Virus record (IMG/VR): IMGVR_UViG_3300017716_001193
Span: 1 to 24,560 of that record
Origin: a virus
Lineage: Duplodnaviria; Caudoviricetes
Strand: one strand, 5' to 3'
DNA: 24,560 nt
Below, piece by piece: positions 8,679-17,988 of the stretch. Numbering within the stretch: the first letter of the stretch is position 1; each line of letters opens with the position of its first letter. The notes under the pieces are model-generated. The model worked only from the letters and a program-made list of their open reading frames with translations. It searched no databases and was not told the origin of the DNA. A program made the position numbers and the translations under genes.

Positions 8679-11600
8679 ATGCCACTTGAAAATGACAACG
8701 AAGTAGTTGCTGTTGACGGCCCAGAAGAAAACTTGTTGGGAGGCATGCAGACCTCTGGCTTTAGCTCGTCAAAAGACGCGGTAAATCCTTACACCACCCA
8801 GCTCACTGAGCTGCTGGGCAAGTATCTTAAGCAGAGCGAAAAGTCGGCTACAGACAAGCAGGCCTTATTGGACAAGGCTCGTGAACGTGTCATGGCCAGG
8901 TCTGCCGGCCCTGATAGTGCCGAGATGGCCTTTCGTTTGGCTGCGGCCCTTGGCAAGCCGACAAAGACAGGCGGCTTTGGAGAGACTCTTGCAAACGTGG
9001 CAGAGACTACGGGTGAAGCCCTTTCGCAGCGACGCAAATCCAGGCAGGAACTAGAAGACCTCAACCTCAAGTATCAGCTGGCAGCTTCTGACGTTGAGGG
9101 CGATAAGTACAAGACACAAGTTGGTGCCCTTTCTACTTTAGCAAGATCAGCCCCAAAAACTCGTCTTACTGAGATTGAGAGGCTGCAGGAAGTCATTGAT
9201 AACTCGGGTTCTAGCGAAGCATCTAAAAAGAACGCCCAGGCTCGCATCACCTACCTGACAACTCGAGCTACGCCTGCAGCAAAGACCAATGAGATCGATC
9301 AGCTGCTTGTGAAGCTTAACGATCCTAGCGTGTCGCCGGCCAACAAAAAAGTATATCAGCAGCGACTCAACAAGCTCAACTACATTCCAGCAGAAGCTAA
9401 AGCCGACAAAGATGCTGGCAAACCTCTGTCGCCTGCTGGCAAGGTTGCTTCAGATGAAGGCCTGGTTTCAGGAACCCCTGAATATATTGCTCGCGTCAAG
9501 CAATTGGTTGGCGAAGGCAAGGGCGCCAATCTAAGCCCGCGTGAACAAACGGAATTGTTTGAAGCTGAAGACATTGTCAACGCTAGCACGACGGTGATAC
9601 TAAACTTGGAAAAAGCCTTGAAGCTTAACCCCAAGGCGTATGAAGGCTTTGCAGCTGGTACCCGTCGTTCTATCGTTCGTAACATTCCCGGAGCCGGTAA
9701 GTCAGAAGGCGTGACCGCAACCACTGAACTCGAGTCTTTGATTGGTCAAAACCAGCTTGATCAGATGAAGGTCATCTTTGGTGGAAACCCAACAGAGGGC
9801 GAACGTAAGATCTTGCTTGAACTTGGCGGCTCAATAAATCAGAGCGAAAAAGAACGTGAGGCAATCTATACGCGAGCCATAACCGCAGCTGCCCGCCGCC
9901 TGAAGTCTAGCAAAGAAAAGATGGAGCGCATCCGGTCTGGCTCGTACAGCGGCAAGGCCGCCCCTGAAGCCAACGCCAAAGGCGGCCCTGTTGGTCGCTA
10001 TGCCGACGGCGGAGTTGTCCACATGGCAGACGGCGGCGAGATGTCTATGGCCAACATTGGCCGGGCCGTTGGTCAAGGCCTAGGTCTTGGCTTTGGTGAC
10101 GAGGCAATTGCTCGTGTTCGGGCCAAGATGGAAAATCGCCCTTATGAAGACGTAGTCCGCGAGGAACGCGAAGCTTACCAGCGCTTCCAGGAAAAAAATC
10201 CTTTTACTGCTTTAGGTACCGAACTTGTTTCCGGTTTGATTCCAACTGTTGGCATGGCCATGATCCCAGGAGCTGGTACCCCTGGTGCCGTTGCCGGAGG
10301 CACCCGCATGGCAATGGCGGCAAACAAGCTGTCGCAGTACCTGCCTAAGTTTATGACAGGCACGATGGGCAAGGCCGCTGGTACGGCAGCTGCAACCGGA
10401 GCTATTGCAGGAGCCGGTTCCGAGACCGAAGGCAACCGCATGAGCGGAGCCGTTACCGGCGGAACTACAGGAGCTGTTCTTGGTCCAACCGTTGCCAAAG
10501 GAATCCAGCTAGGAGGTCAGGGCATTAAGGCTGCCAAGAACGCGATCCTACCATCCAAAGGAGCCGCAGATCAACGGGCAGCCAATAAGGTATTGGAAGC
10601 TATGGGCCGGGACGAAATGGACCCTACGGCCCTTCGTGCCAAGATGCTTGCAGATCAAAAGCTGGGTGTTCAGTCCACCATCATGGATGCAACTCCTTCT
10701 TTGTCAACACTTGGCGAAGCAGTTGTGACTCGCCCAGGAAAAGGCCGCAAGATCCTTGGCGACGGCTTGAATGAGCGCTTGGAAGGCGGTCGTGAATCAG
10801 CGGCTGCTCGCGCCCTGAAAGACGTGGGCAAGGGAGTTGACTACACCGCGCAAGAAGATAAGCTCATTGGCACTTTGAGATCCAACGCCAACAACCTCTA
10901 CGACCGGGCCTACGCTCACGGAGCCGTTGACGATCCGCGCATCTTGAAGGTACTGGAAGACGACACCTTTAAGAAAGCTTTCAAAGAAGCCCAGGCGATC
11001 GCTAACAAGGAAGCAAGAGCTGCCGAACTTCGCGGCGAAGACCCTAGCCGCTTCAAGCTGAAGGACTTGTACGAATTAGATCCTGCGGATAACACGTTCA
11101 AGTTTACAGGGACCCAGCTGCCAGACGTCCGGACCCTTGACTACGTCAAACGAGGGATTGATGCCCTGATTGACAAAGGCTATAGAGGCGAAGGCATGAG
11201 CAAGGCTGAAGCCAACGCTCTTAAGGACCTTAAAAAGGCTTATGTCAAGGCCATTGACGACAACGTGCCGGAGTACGCTGCTGCCAGGGCCAAGTATGCC
11301 GGCGACATTGAAGTGCTCGACGCTCTTCGTCTAGGTCGTGCCGATTACCTTAGCCCCAAAACATTGCCAGCAGAAGCTAAGAAGCTGGTTGACGGTATGT
11401 CCGAAGCCGAGCGTGACGCCTTGCGTGCTGGCGTAGCCCAGTCGCTCCTGACCAAGGTCTTGGAGGCCCCTCAGCAGATCAACGCAGCGCAGCGCATCAT
11501 TGGGGCCCCTGCAACCCGCAAACGCTTGGAGGCCTTGTTCCAAGACCCCAACGAGTATAAGGTGTTTGAAGCCGCCCTCAAGCGCGAGTCAGAGTTGTTC

Positions 11601-12050
11601 CGTAACGCCCAGGACATCGTTCGCGGCAGCCGGACAGCCAACAAGACGGAAGCCTTGAAAGACCTTAAGGCTGGCAACGCCATCTTTGATATTGCAGGAG
11701 AGGCCATGGACATCGCCACAGGTTCTCCTGGCTCGGTGGTTGGTCGCGTCTTGAAGTATCTGCAGGCCCGCACGTCTCTTGATGAGAAGACTGCAGGCGA
11801 AGTAGCCGAGATGCTGAAGTCGGGGACGCAGCAGGAAATTGATGCTACCCTGCAAAAGCTGGAATCTAGCAGTGCCAAGTTCCTTAAGGATTCAAGCAGG
11901 TCGGCCCAGCGTCTGAAGATGACTTCCGGCGCAGTTGGAGCCGCGGCCCCAACGACAAGTTTGCCGGCTCCTGAGTCTGCTGATCCAGCAGAAGAAAGCG
12001 ACGAAGAAAAACTTCAAAGGCTCCTGAAAAAGTATAGCGTAGAGGAGTAA
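8679..12050 (+). CDS. Large internal virion / ejection protein 3 (two-part)
   Basis: 1123 aa, helical. After aa ~455 come 'GQGLGLGFGDE', a Gly/Ala membrane-like segment, 'LDYVKR.ID' and 'Y..AR..YAG', all typical of large podovirus ejection proteins. Confidence 0.7.
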   Translation: MPLENDNEVVAVDGPEENLLGGMQTSGFSSSKDAVNPYTTQLTELLGKYLKQSEKSATDKQALLDKARERVMARSAGPDSAEMAFRLAAALGKPTKTGGFGETLANVAETTGEALSQRRKSRQELEDLNLKYQLAASDVEGDKYKTQVGALSTLARSAPKTRLTEIERLQEVIDNSGSSEASKKNAQARITYLTTRATPAAKTNEIDQLLVKLNDPSVSPANKKVYQQRLNKLNYIPAEAKADKDAGKPLSPAGKVASDEGLVSGTPEYIARVKQLVGEGKGANLSPREQTELFEAEDIVNASTTVILNLEKALKLNPKAYEGFAAGTRRSIVRNIPGAGKSEGVTATTELESLIGQNQLDQMKVIFGGNPTEGERKILLELGGSINQSEKEREAIYTRAITAAARRLKSSKEKMERIRSGSYSGKAAPEANAKGGPVGRYADGGVVHMADGGEMSMANIGRAVGQGLGLGFGDEAIARVRAKMENRPYEDVVREEREAYQRFQEKNPFTALGTELVSGLIPTVGMAMIPGAGTPGAVAGGTRMAMAANKLSQYLPKFMTGTMGKAAGTAAATGAIAGAGSETEGNRMSGAVTGGTTGAVLGPTVAKGIQLGGQGIKAAKNAILPSKGAADQRAANKVLEAMGRDEMDPTALRAKMLADQKLGVQSTIMDATPSLSTLGEAVVTRPGKGRKILGDGLNERLEGGRESAAARALKDVGKGVDYTAQEDKLIGTLRSNANNLYDRAYAHGAVDDPRILKVLEDDTFKKAFKEAQAIANKEARAAELRGEDPSRFKLKDLYELDPADNTFKFTGTQLPDVRTLDYVKRGIDALIDKGYRGEGMSKAEANALKDLKKAYVKAIDDNVPEYAAARAKYAGDIEVLDALRLGRADYLSPKTLPAEAKKLVDGMSEAERDALRAGVAQSLLTKVLEAPQQINAAQRIIGAPATRKRLEALFQDPNEYKVFEAALKRESELFRNAQDIVRGSRTANKTEALKDLKAGNAIFDIAGEAMDIATGSPGSVVGRVLKYLQARTSLDEKTAGEVAEMLKSGTQQEIDATLQKLESSSAKFLKDSSRSAQRLKMTSGAVGAAAPTTSLPAPESADPAEESDEEKLQRLLKKYSVEE

Positions 12051-12053
12051 ATT

Positions 12054-15000
12054 ATGGCCTACAACGAGCTCAGCCTTACAGGGTCAGACGACGATCTTGG
12101 CGCCTTAGAGACTAAGTACCCTCAACAAGACTCGGTCTCGCAGATCCCGGGCCAGACCTCTGCTGCTAGGCAACAAGCGCAACCTCAAGCGCCAAAGTCC
12201 TTGATTGATCGGGCGTCTGCAGCCCTGATGCAGGTGCATCCGATGATGATGGGAAGATCGCTTGTTGACACGACCAAGTCTTTTATTGGCGGGATGGCTG
12301 TTCCTGTTGTGGCTCCCTACAGTGCTGGCATCCAGGCGTTAAACGCAGCTCCAGGAAATATGTACCGCCGCAGCCGTGGGGAAGAAGAAGTTAAGACGCC
12401 AACGGTAGAAGAGCTGATGCGAAAATACGGCGAGGCCGTTGCTCCTCAAACCGAGATGGGTGAAAACTTCATTGGTGGTGTAGGCAAGCTCATGGAAGTG
12501 CTTAAAGTCCCGCACGCTTTTCCAATAGTTCCCAACGCGCCTAGGCGTCCAATGCTGACGCCAACAGATGTTCGTGTGGGTGCTGGTCAAGCCAAGCAAC
12601 TGGCCAGGGAAGTTCGCGAGGTCCCTCAAGACTTCCAGAACGCCCAGTCTGGTTTAAAGCGCCAGAACCTGTACGGTGAAGATACCCTGGGTGTTAAGGC
12701 GCAAGCTGCCGCCGAATCACTTGGCGACACTCTTGAGCGGCGTAAGTCAGCCGGCAAGTCAGCCATTCCAGGAGTGCCTGGACAGTTAGTCCCCGAGACA
12801 AACCTATACGCCGTACGACCTGGCAAAGGCACAAGCTTGATTCAGCCCAAGATTCCAGAGACGGCCGGGGACTATTCTCCTAAGAACAACCAGCTTAACG
12901 AATTAGTTCAACAGGTTTACGGACAAATCCCGGTTGCAGAATTTAGCAACCAGGACCTTATGTCAAAGTACAAGCAGGTGTTTTTAGATGACAATCGCGA
13001 TTTGCGGCGGATAGCAGAAGAACTTGAAGAGCAAAACGCTCTTGATATGTTTCCAGACGCACCAAATCCTGCTGCCGCAAACCAAGCGTACGACAACCTA
13101 TTCTCTGATCCAGACGCAATGATGGCAAGAGGCCTTCAGGCGATAGAAGACGTCTTAAACAGTCCGGAAGGTGCGGTTTTTCGAGAGCGAGGCGTCCCTA
13201 CCCCAAGCGAATTTGAGCGGCGTCTTTCGGAAGGTGAGCGCATCATTAAGGGTCCTTTCATCAATTACATCAGCAAAAACCTGGGAGCTGAAGGCAACCC
13301 CACGCTTAAGCTTGCTCGCCAGGGTATCACTATTAGAGACCCTGAGGATATTGAAGTGCTGTCGCAGTATGCGAAACAGGCTTCGCTTGCCGAGCGGCGA
13401 ACAAAAGCCGGCTTCCCAGCAGAGGGCAGCTTTAACGAAGAAAGGATAGCCAAGCTTACGGAGCGTGATACGCTGCAAAGAGAGATTAATGAGCTTGAAG
13501 CTATTCGCCAGCCCATCTTTGATCAGGCGCATTTAGACGGAGTTGATCCTGCGACATTTCCAGCGTTTGCTGAAAGTACCAACCCCTTGCGTCAAAAGCT
13601 ACGCCAGCTTGAAAAAGTTAATGAAGAAGTTGAAAACATTATTGTTGCCGCAAATTTAGAAAATTTAGAAGACAGCGCTGTCCGTCCTCAAACGAAAAAA
13701 GAAGCCCTTGACAACATTCGCTATGCTGATCAACAGTTTTTTCCAAGCATTACCAAGGGAGCAAAAGACGAAAAATTCTATGACGTAGACCCTAAAACAG
13801 TGGGCCTGCTTAACGAAATGGGCTATAAAACGCTGGGCCGGGACTTACTTAAGGACATTGCCCTAGGCAAGGCTGGAGACACCTCAAAGCTTACTATTGA
13901 GAACTACATCCGCGACAAAGGACTGGCGCAAAAAGAAGAGCGCAGGGCGGCTAAGGCTAAGGAAAAAACTTATCGAGCAGACCTTGAGGCCGTTTTGTTG
14001 GATCGTATAAAAAATGATCCAACAGTCCAGAATTTTGACGGAGCCTCTGTCATTACCCTCAACAGTGACACTCCAATGGAGGTGGCTGTTCGCGACTTAA
14101 GTGCTGACACGGCAGTTCTAGATCATTGTGTCGGCGAGTGCGGAACGGCTCCTCAAGGGCGAAAAAATATCTTGACCGGCGCCCAGCAGCAGTACGAGCC
14201 GCTTGTAGACCCTCTTACTGGGGAGAAAAGTAAAACCGGCTCGCAAAGATTAACAATCTACCTACGCGACTTGCAGGCTGGTACCGAGATCGCCAGCGTT
14301 CGCGACTCTAAGACTGGCTTTCCTGCCGCAACAATCCAGTTTATTCCGTCAGGTGTGAACAAATTTAACATTGGGTACGCTTCAGGCGCAAAAAACAAGT
14401 CGGTTGCACCTGAATACGTGGGGGCCGTTCGCGACTATTTAAATTCTCGGGCGGACTCAATTGAAAATACGGGAACAAATCTTGCAAACCACACCGGCAT
14501 CTTTGATTCAAACAATCCTGCTGAGTGGAGAAAAGTCTCTCGCGAGGCGGGCCTTACGAAAGATCAAGCTAGGGCCTTTGAAATTGAGATGGACATTCCA
14601 AGGTTTGTTACTGTAAAAGACGTTAAGGAAATGGCGAAAGAGTATCTTGCAACTGATTCGCCCACGCAGCCAGCAAACTTTAATCAGTACGGTTTTTCTC
14701 CGGAAGACTCCGCTTACGGCTTATTCAATGAGCAAGTAGATACGCAAAACGTGCCTGATTTTCAAGGGCTTGAAAGGACGGTTTACGGCTTGCGCAATAG
14801 AGAGATTATTTATAGGCCAATTGAGAACCTTCCAATAGAAGTCCGGCAGCAGGCACGAAACGCTACGGCCGATATGCTTCAAGCCCTGATCGATGAGCGC
14901 AGAGGTGAAATGGTAGACGGGGGAGAGCTGCCGGATTTTGAGCCTGATCCAACTGCTGTTGCAAATCGGCCGGGGTTTTTTGTGGGTGTTAGTCCCGCCC

Positions 15001-16646
15001 GTGAAAATGAACTGTACCGCAATTTTGTAAACAATTTTGAAGGCCTTGAGGGCTTGCCCGATGAGGAGATGTCTCTAGGGAATATTGCTGACTTTATTCG
15101 AGACAACAATAATGTTGGAACCCCAAACGTTACTCAGGCTGAGCGTGAGGCTCTTGCAAGCCTTGTTGAAGAATACGGTCTTCGGGATAACTTTGATCCT
15201 CGCGCTGCGGCTCGTCAAGCGCAAGGCGATCCGATGCCTGACAACCTAGACGTCACGGAGCTTTTGGCCGAACATGCCGACCGCCTGACCACAGGACAGG
15301 TGCGTTGGCTAACAGACTTTTCTCGCCGCTGGGATGAAGACGTTGATAACACTCCGGCGGGTGCGGCGGCTGCAGAACAAATGATTGAGGAGTACAACCA
15401 ATGGCTATCCAACAACAGATTAGAGCCTGATCCAACTGCTGTGGCCAATCGCTCTGTAATATACGGCGATCCCTATGAGCTGGCCGAAAGATATAACGTG
15501 CCCCCAGGCATGATCAGGAGCATCATAACTGAGGCAAGCGGGCCTGCTGACAGGTTGGTAGCTTTGCAGAGAGAGGCCACCAATGGATTGGATAGGTTTG
15601 CAACTCTTCCTAATGAAAGTCGTTTTGGTGTTGTAGTCCTGATCGATGATATTCTAACTGAGCGTCGCGAAATGGATCAACGCGGTTCACCTGCCCGCCG
15701 CCAAGCGCAGCGCCCTGATATTCGCCAAGCGCAGGCTCCGGCTGTTGAAGATAGGGTCCCGCAAGAGATTCAGCGCCTGGATAGAGGAGCTCTGGCTGAC
15801 AGCATGACAAATACGGCTATTTCAGAGGCCAACGAGATTGCTCGAGAGGCGTTTGCCAACAACGACTTTGGTCCTGGCGGGGCTCCGCTTGATGTGTTTT
15901 TACGCATCATCAGAACTCAAAGAACAGGTCTTCACGCGGACTCGGCTCCCGCAACCCGCGAGCTTGCTGCAAGGACCTTGTCTGACATGTATGACACGGC
16001 GGCAAGGGAGGCCAGTGACTTTGCAGACGACCTTATCACGAACTACCAAGATGAATTAGAGCCTCCCGGAACTTTACAAGCTCTTCAAGCCAACATTCGG
16101 GATCTTGAACAGAACGGCGAGACGGCTTGGGCAATGATGTTTGGTGAAGCGGCAGATGATACCCCTTGGAATCCAACCCTTGGAAATATCTTTATTAGAC
16201 ACCTGAGGCAAGAGGCAATAGACCTTGACAACAGGATTCGGGATACGGATGCAGATGTAGATGTAGACAATGAAGCAGAATATTTAGCGGACGCCTTTAG
16301 AGATATTGCTATGGACGAGGATCCGGCAGATGCGGTTCGTAGTCTTCAAAACACAATCCGCTCCCTTAGGCGGGGAGAAGACGGCTGGGATGATGCTCTT
16401 GGCATGGCTGCAGACGACACGCCTTGGAACCCTAACCTTCAACGAACGCTTATCTCGCGGTTAGAGGCAATGGTCGAAGAATTCCGTGACCTCCGTGACC
16501 TAGAGGATCCGGATCCTGAAGAATACGCTAAGGGCGGCAGGGTAAAGAAGCGCATGGCCAAGAAGCCAAGAACATCACTGGTTGTCACTAGGAAGTCCCC
16601 AGAGCTCGCCGAGATGGCCTACCGATATGGTGGCATAGTCATTTGA
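12054..16646 (+). CDS. Large polyvalent-type virion cargo protein with a PcfJ-like domain and acidic repeats
   Basis: 1530 aa, RBS GAGGAG. PcfJ-like pattern LDHCVG...IASVRD..G.P.ATIQ...SGAKN..V.PEY...VRDYL at ~14100-14445; strongly acidic repetitive C-terminal third; last gene of the virion operon. Confidence 0.55.
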   Translation: MAYNELSLTGSDDDLGALETKYPQQDSVSQIPGQTSAARQQAQPQAPKSLIDRASAALMQVHPMMMGRSLVDTTKSFIGGMAVPVVAPYSAGIQALNAAPGNMYRRSRGEEEVKTPTVEELMRKYGEAVAPQTEMGENFIGGVGKLMEVLKVPHAFPIVPNAPRRPMLTPTDVRVGAGQAKQLAREVREVPQDFQNAQSGLKRQNLYGEDTLGVKAQAAAESLGDTLERRKSAGKSAIPGVPGQLVPETNLYAVRPGKGTSLIQPKIPETAGDYSPKNNQLNELVQQVYGQIPVAEFSNQDLMSKYKQVFLDDNRDLRRIAEELEEQNALDMFPDAPNPAAANQAYDNLFSDPDAMMARGLQAIEDVLNSPEGAVFRERGVPTPSEFERRLSEGERIIKGPFINYISKNLGAEGNPTLKLARQGITIRDPEDIEVLSQYAKQASLAERRTKAGFPAEGSFNEERIAKLTERDTLQREINELEAIRQPIFDQAHLDGVDPATFPAFAESTNPLRQKLRQLEKVNEEVENIIVAANLENLEDSAVRPQTKKEALDNIRYADQQFFPSITKGAKDEKFYDVDPKTVGLLNEMGYKTLGRDLLKDIALGKAGDTSKLTIENYIRDKGLAQKEERRAAKAKEKTYRADLEAVLLDRIKNDPTVQNFDGASVITLNSDTPMEVAVRDLSADTAVLDHCVGECGTAPQGRKNILTGAQQQYEPLVDPLTGEKSKTGSQRLTIYLRDLQAGTEIASVRDSKTGFPAATIQFIPSGVNKFNIGYASGAKNKSVAPEYVGAVRDYLNSRADSIENTGTNLANHTGIFDSNNPAEWRKVSREAGLTKDQARAFEIEMDIPRFVTVKDVKEMAKEYLATDSPTQPANFNQYGFSPEDSAYGLFNEQVDTQNVPDFQGLERTVYGLRNREIIYRPIENLPIEVRQQARNATADMLQALIDERRGEMVDGGELPDFEPDPTAVANRPGFFVGVSPARENELYRNFVNNFEGLEGLPDEEMSLGNIADFIRDNNNVGTPNVTQAEREALASLVEEYGLRDNFDPRAAARQAQGDPMPDNLDVTELLAEHADRLTTGQVRWLTDFSRRWDEDVDNTPAGAAAAEQMIEEYNQWLSNNRLEPDPTAVANRSVIYGDPYELAERYNVPPGMIRSIITEASGPADRLVALQREATNGLDRFATLPNESRFGVVVLIDDILTERREMDQRGSPARRQAQRPDIRQAQAPAVEDRVPQEIQRLDRGALADSMTNTAISEANEIAREAFANNDFGPGGAPLDVFLRIIRTQRTGLHADSAPATRELAARTLSDMYDTAAREASDFADDLITNYQDELEPPGTLQALQANIRDLEQNGETAWAMMFGEAADDTPWNPTLGNIFIRHLRQEAIDLDNRIRDTDADVDVDNEAEYLADAFRDIAMDEDPADAVRSLQNTIRSLRRGEDGWDDALGMAADDTPWNPNLQRTLISRLEAMVEEFRDLRDLEDPDPEEYAKGGRVKKRMAKKPRTSLVVTRKSPELAEMAYRYGGIVI
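14940..15451 (+). repeat. Dispersed direct repeat encoding EPDPTAVANR (2 copies)
   Basis: GAGCCTGATCCAACTGCTGT is identical at 14940 and 15423; the following codons differ only synonymously. Confidence 0.9.
16011..16483 (+). repeat. Tandem ~86-aa protein repeat (AADDTPWNP), 2 copies
   Basis: LQANIRDL...W...FGEAADDTPWNPTL and LQNTIRSL...W...LGMAADDTPWNPNL; the cores at 16149 and 16407 are 258 nt apart. Confidence 0.85.
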
Positions 16647-16652
16647 TCCGTG

Positions 16653-16833
16653 AGCCCCTACCAAAAACCCTATAGATGATTATTTTTAGGCTAAACAAAG
16701 AGGATTGATACGACCTGTTTTTCTTTCGCGAGATCTGCTCTTTTACGAACGAACGAGTAGAAAGAGATTAGTTATGTGTATTGATACACTCTATTTAGCC
16801 TATAAAAACACACTATAGCGTTTTTGATGGGCT
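16653..16833. repeat. Long imperfect inverted repeat in the late/early junction
   Basis: Nested complementary blocks: AGCCC/GGGCT, CAAAAAC/GTTTTTG, CTATAG/CTATAG, AGGCTAAA/TTTAGCCT, AGAG/CTCT and ATTGATAC/GTATTGAT. Confidence 0.8.
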
Positions 16834-16862
16834 GCCTGGTACTTGTCCCAGCAGTTATTTTT
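16832..16862 (+). terminator. Putative intrinsic terminator of the late transcript
   Basis: CTGCCTGG-loop-CCAGCAG stem with one bulge, followed by TTATTTTT. Confidence 0.5.
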
Positions 16863-16956
16863 AAAAAAGTGCGAGCTGCGCGGTTTTATGCACTAGAATC
16901 AGTCTCGTGCACAGCAATCTCGCTGGCATAAACAGAAAGAAGAAAGAGAGAAAATC
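16861..16956 (+). promoter_or_regulatory. Possible early promoter and leader
   Basis: TAGAAT (-10-like) at 16894-16899 with an AT tract upstream and a purine-rich leader before the ATG at 16957; no convincing -35. Confidence 0.3.
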
Positions 16957-17943
16957 ATGGCTCACGAAGTTGAAACGATGGCTTACGCCAATGAGACCCC
17001 TTGGCACGGCCTTGGCACCCCTGTCGCTAACAACCTGACCCCTACCCAGATGCTCGACGCGGCCGGCCTTAACTGGCAGGTTCAAAAGAAGGCATTGGTT
17101 GTTGACGATCTTGATCACACGCTGACAAGCCACTTTGCGCTGGTTCGCGACACAGACAGCAAGATCCTTGGCGTTTGCGGCAGCGACTACAATCCCACTC
17201 AGAATCAAGACGTCTTTGAGTTCTTTGACAAGTTCTGCAAAGCCGGCGACATGAAGATGGAAACTGCAGGTTCGCTCCACGGCGGCAAACGTGTTTGGGG
17301 TCTTGCAAAGATCAACGGCGGATTTATGCTGGGCGGCAAAGACGAAGTCCAAGGCTACATCTTGCTTGACAATCCGCACATCTGGGGCCGTAGCTTGCAG
17401 ATCTTGTTCACGCCAATTCGCGTAGTCTGCAACAACACGCTGACCGCGGCACTGCGCGACAACAAGAACAAGGACAACACTTTCCGCATGTCGCACGATC
17501 GCGCGTTTGACGACGAGATCAAACAGACAGCGGCTGAGAAGGTTGGCCTTGCTATGAAATCTCTTGACGTCTTTAAACAGCAGGCTGAGTTCTTGTCCAA
17601 GAAACGCGCCAAAGACCAGCAAGTCATGGAGTTCTTCTCTAAGCTTGTCAATCCGGACCAGTATCAAGCAGCTTTGGTTGCTTCGGAAGATGGTTCCGTC
17701 AGTCGTTCAGATCTTGGCCGCACGGTCAACCGTCTGATTGACATCGTGCAAACTCAACCAGGTGCTGATCTGAAGACTTCAGCAGGTACTTGGTGGGGCG
17801 CATTCAACGCCGTGACGTACTACTACGACCACGTCGCTGGAACCGACCAAGACAAGCGCCTGACAAGCGCGTGGTTTGGCTCGGCAGCAACCCGCAAACG
17901 CCAAGCACTTGACCTCGCCGTCGAGTTCGCCGAAGCAGCATAA
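16957..17943 (+). CDS. DUF932 / TIGR03299 phage-plasmid-like protein
   Basis: Hallmark motifs MAHEVETMAY..ETPWHGLG, AGLNWQV, Y.P.QN, ETAGSL.GGKRVW.LA, TPIRVVCNNTL and GT.WGAFNAVT.Y.DH. Confidence 0.92.
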   Translation: MAHEVETMAYANETPWHGLGTPVANNLTPTQMLDAAGLNWQVQKKALVVDDLDHTLTSHFALVRDTDSKILGVCGSDYNPTQNQDVFEFFDKFCKAGDMKMETAGSLHGGKRVWGLAKINGGFMLGGKDEVQGYILLDNPHIWGRSLQILFTPIRVVCNNTLTAALRDNKNKDNTFRMSHDRAFDDEIKQTAAEKVGLAMKSLDVFKQQAEFLSKKRAKDQQVMEFFSKLVNPDQYQAALVASEDGSVSRSDLGRTVNRLIDIVQTQPGADLKTSAGTWWGAFNAVTYYYDHVAGTDQDKRLTSAWFGSAATRKRQALDLAVEFAEAA

Positions 17944-17947
17944 ACCT

Positions 17948-17970
17948 GGGGGCTTCGGCCCCCTTCATTC
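17948..17970 (+). terminator. GC-rich UUCG-tetraloop hairpin (terminator or mRNA-stabilising stem)
   Basis: GGGGGC-TTCG-GCCCCC directly after the DUF932 stop; weak U-tract (TTCATT). Confidence 0.7.
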
Positions 17971-17988
17971 CCACTCTAGGAGAAAATT

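Noticed and set aside
16254-16516. Micro-duplications (GATGTA x2, CCGTGACCT x2, GGATCC x2) as a CRISPR or regulatory array
   Set aside because: Short, in-frame, two copies only and no spacers; ordinary slippage in an acidic linker.
16653-16833. MITE/IS element, tRNA or attP site
   Set aside because: No target-site duplication or cloverleaf seen, and no transposase or integrase in the window.
16861-17667. 268-aa minus-strand ORF
   Set aside because: Antisense shadow of the well-supported DUF932 gene; no recognisable motif.
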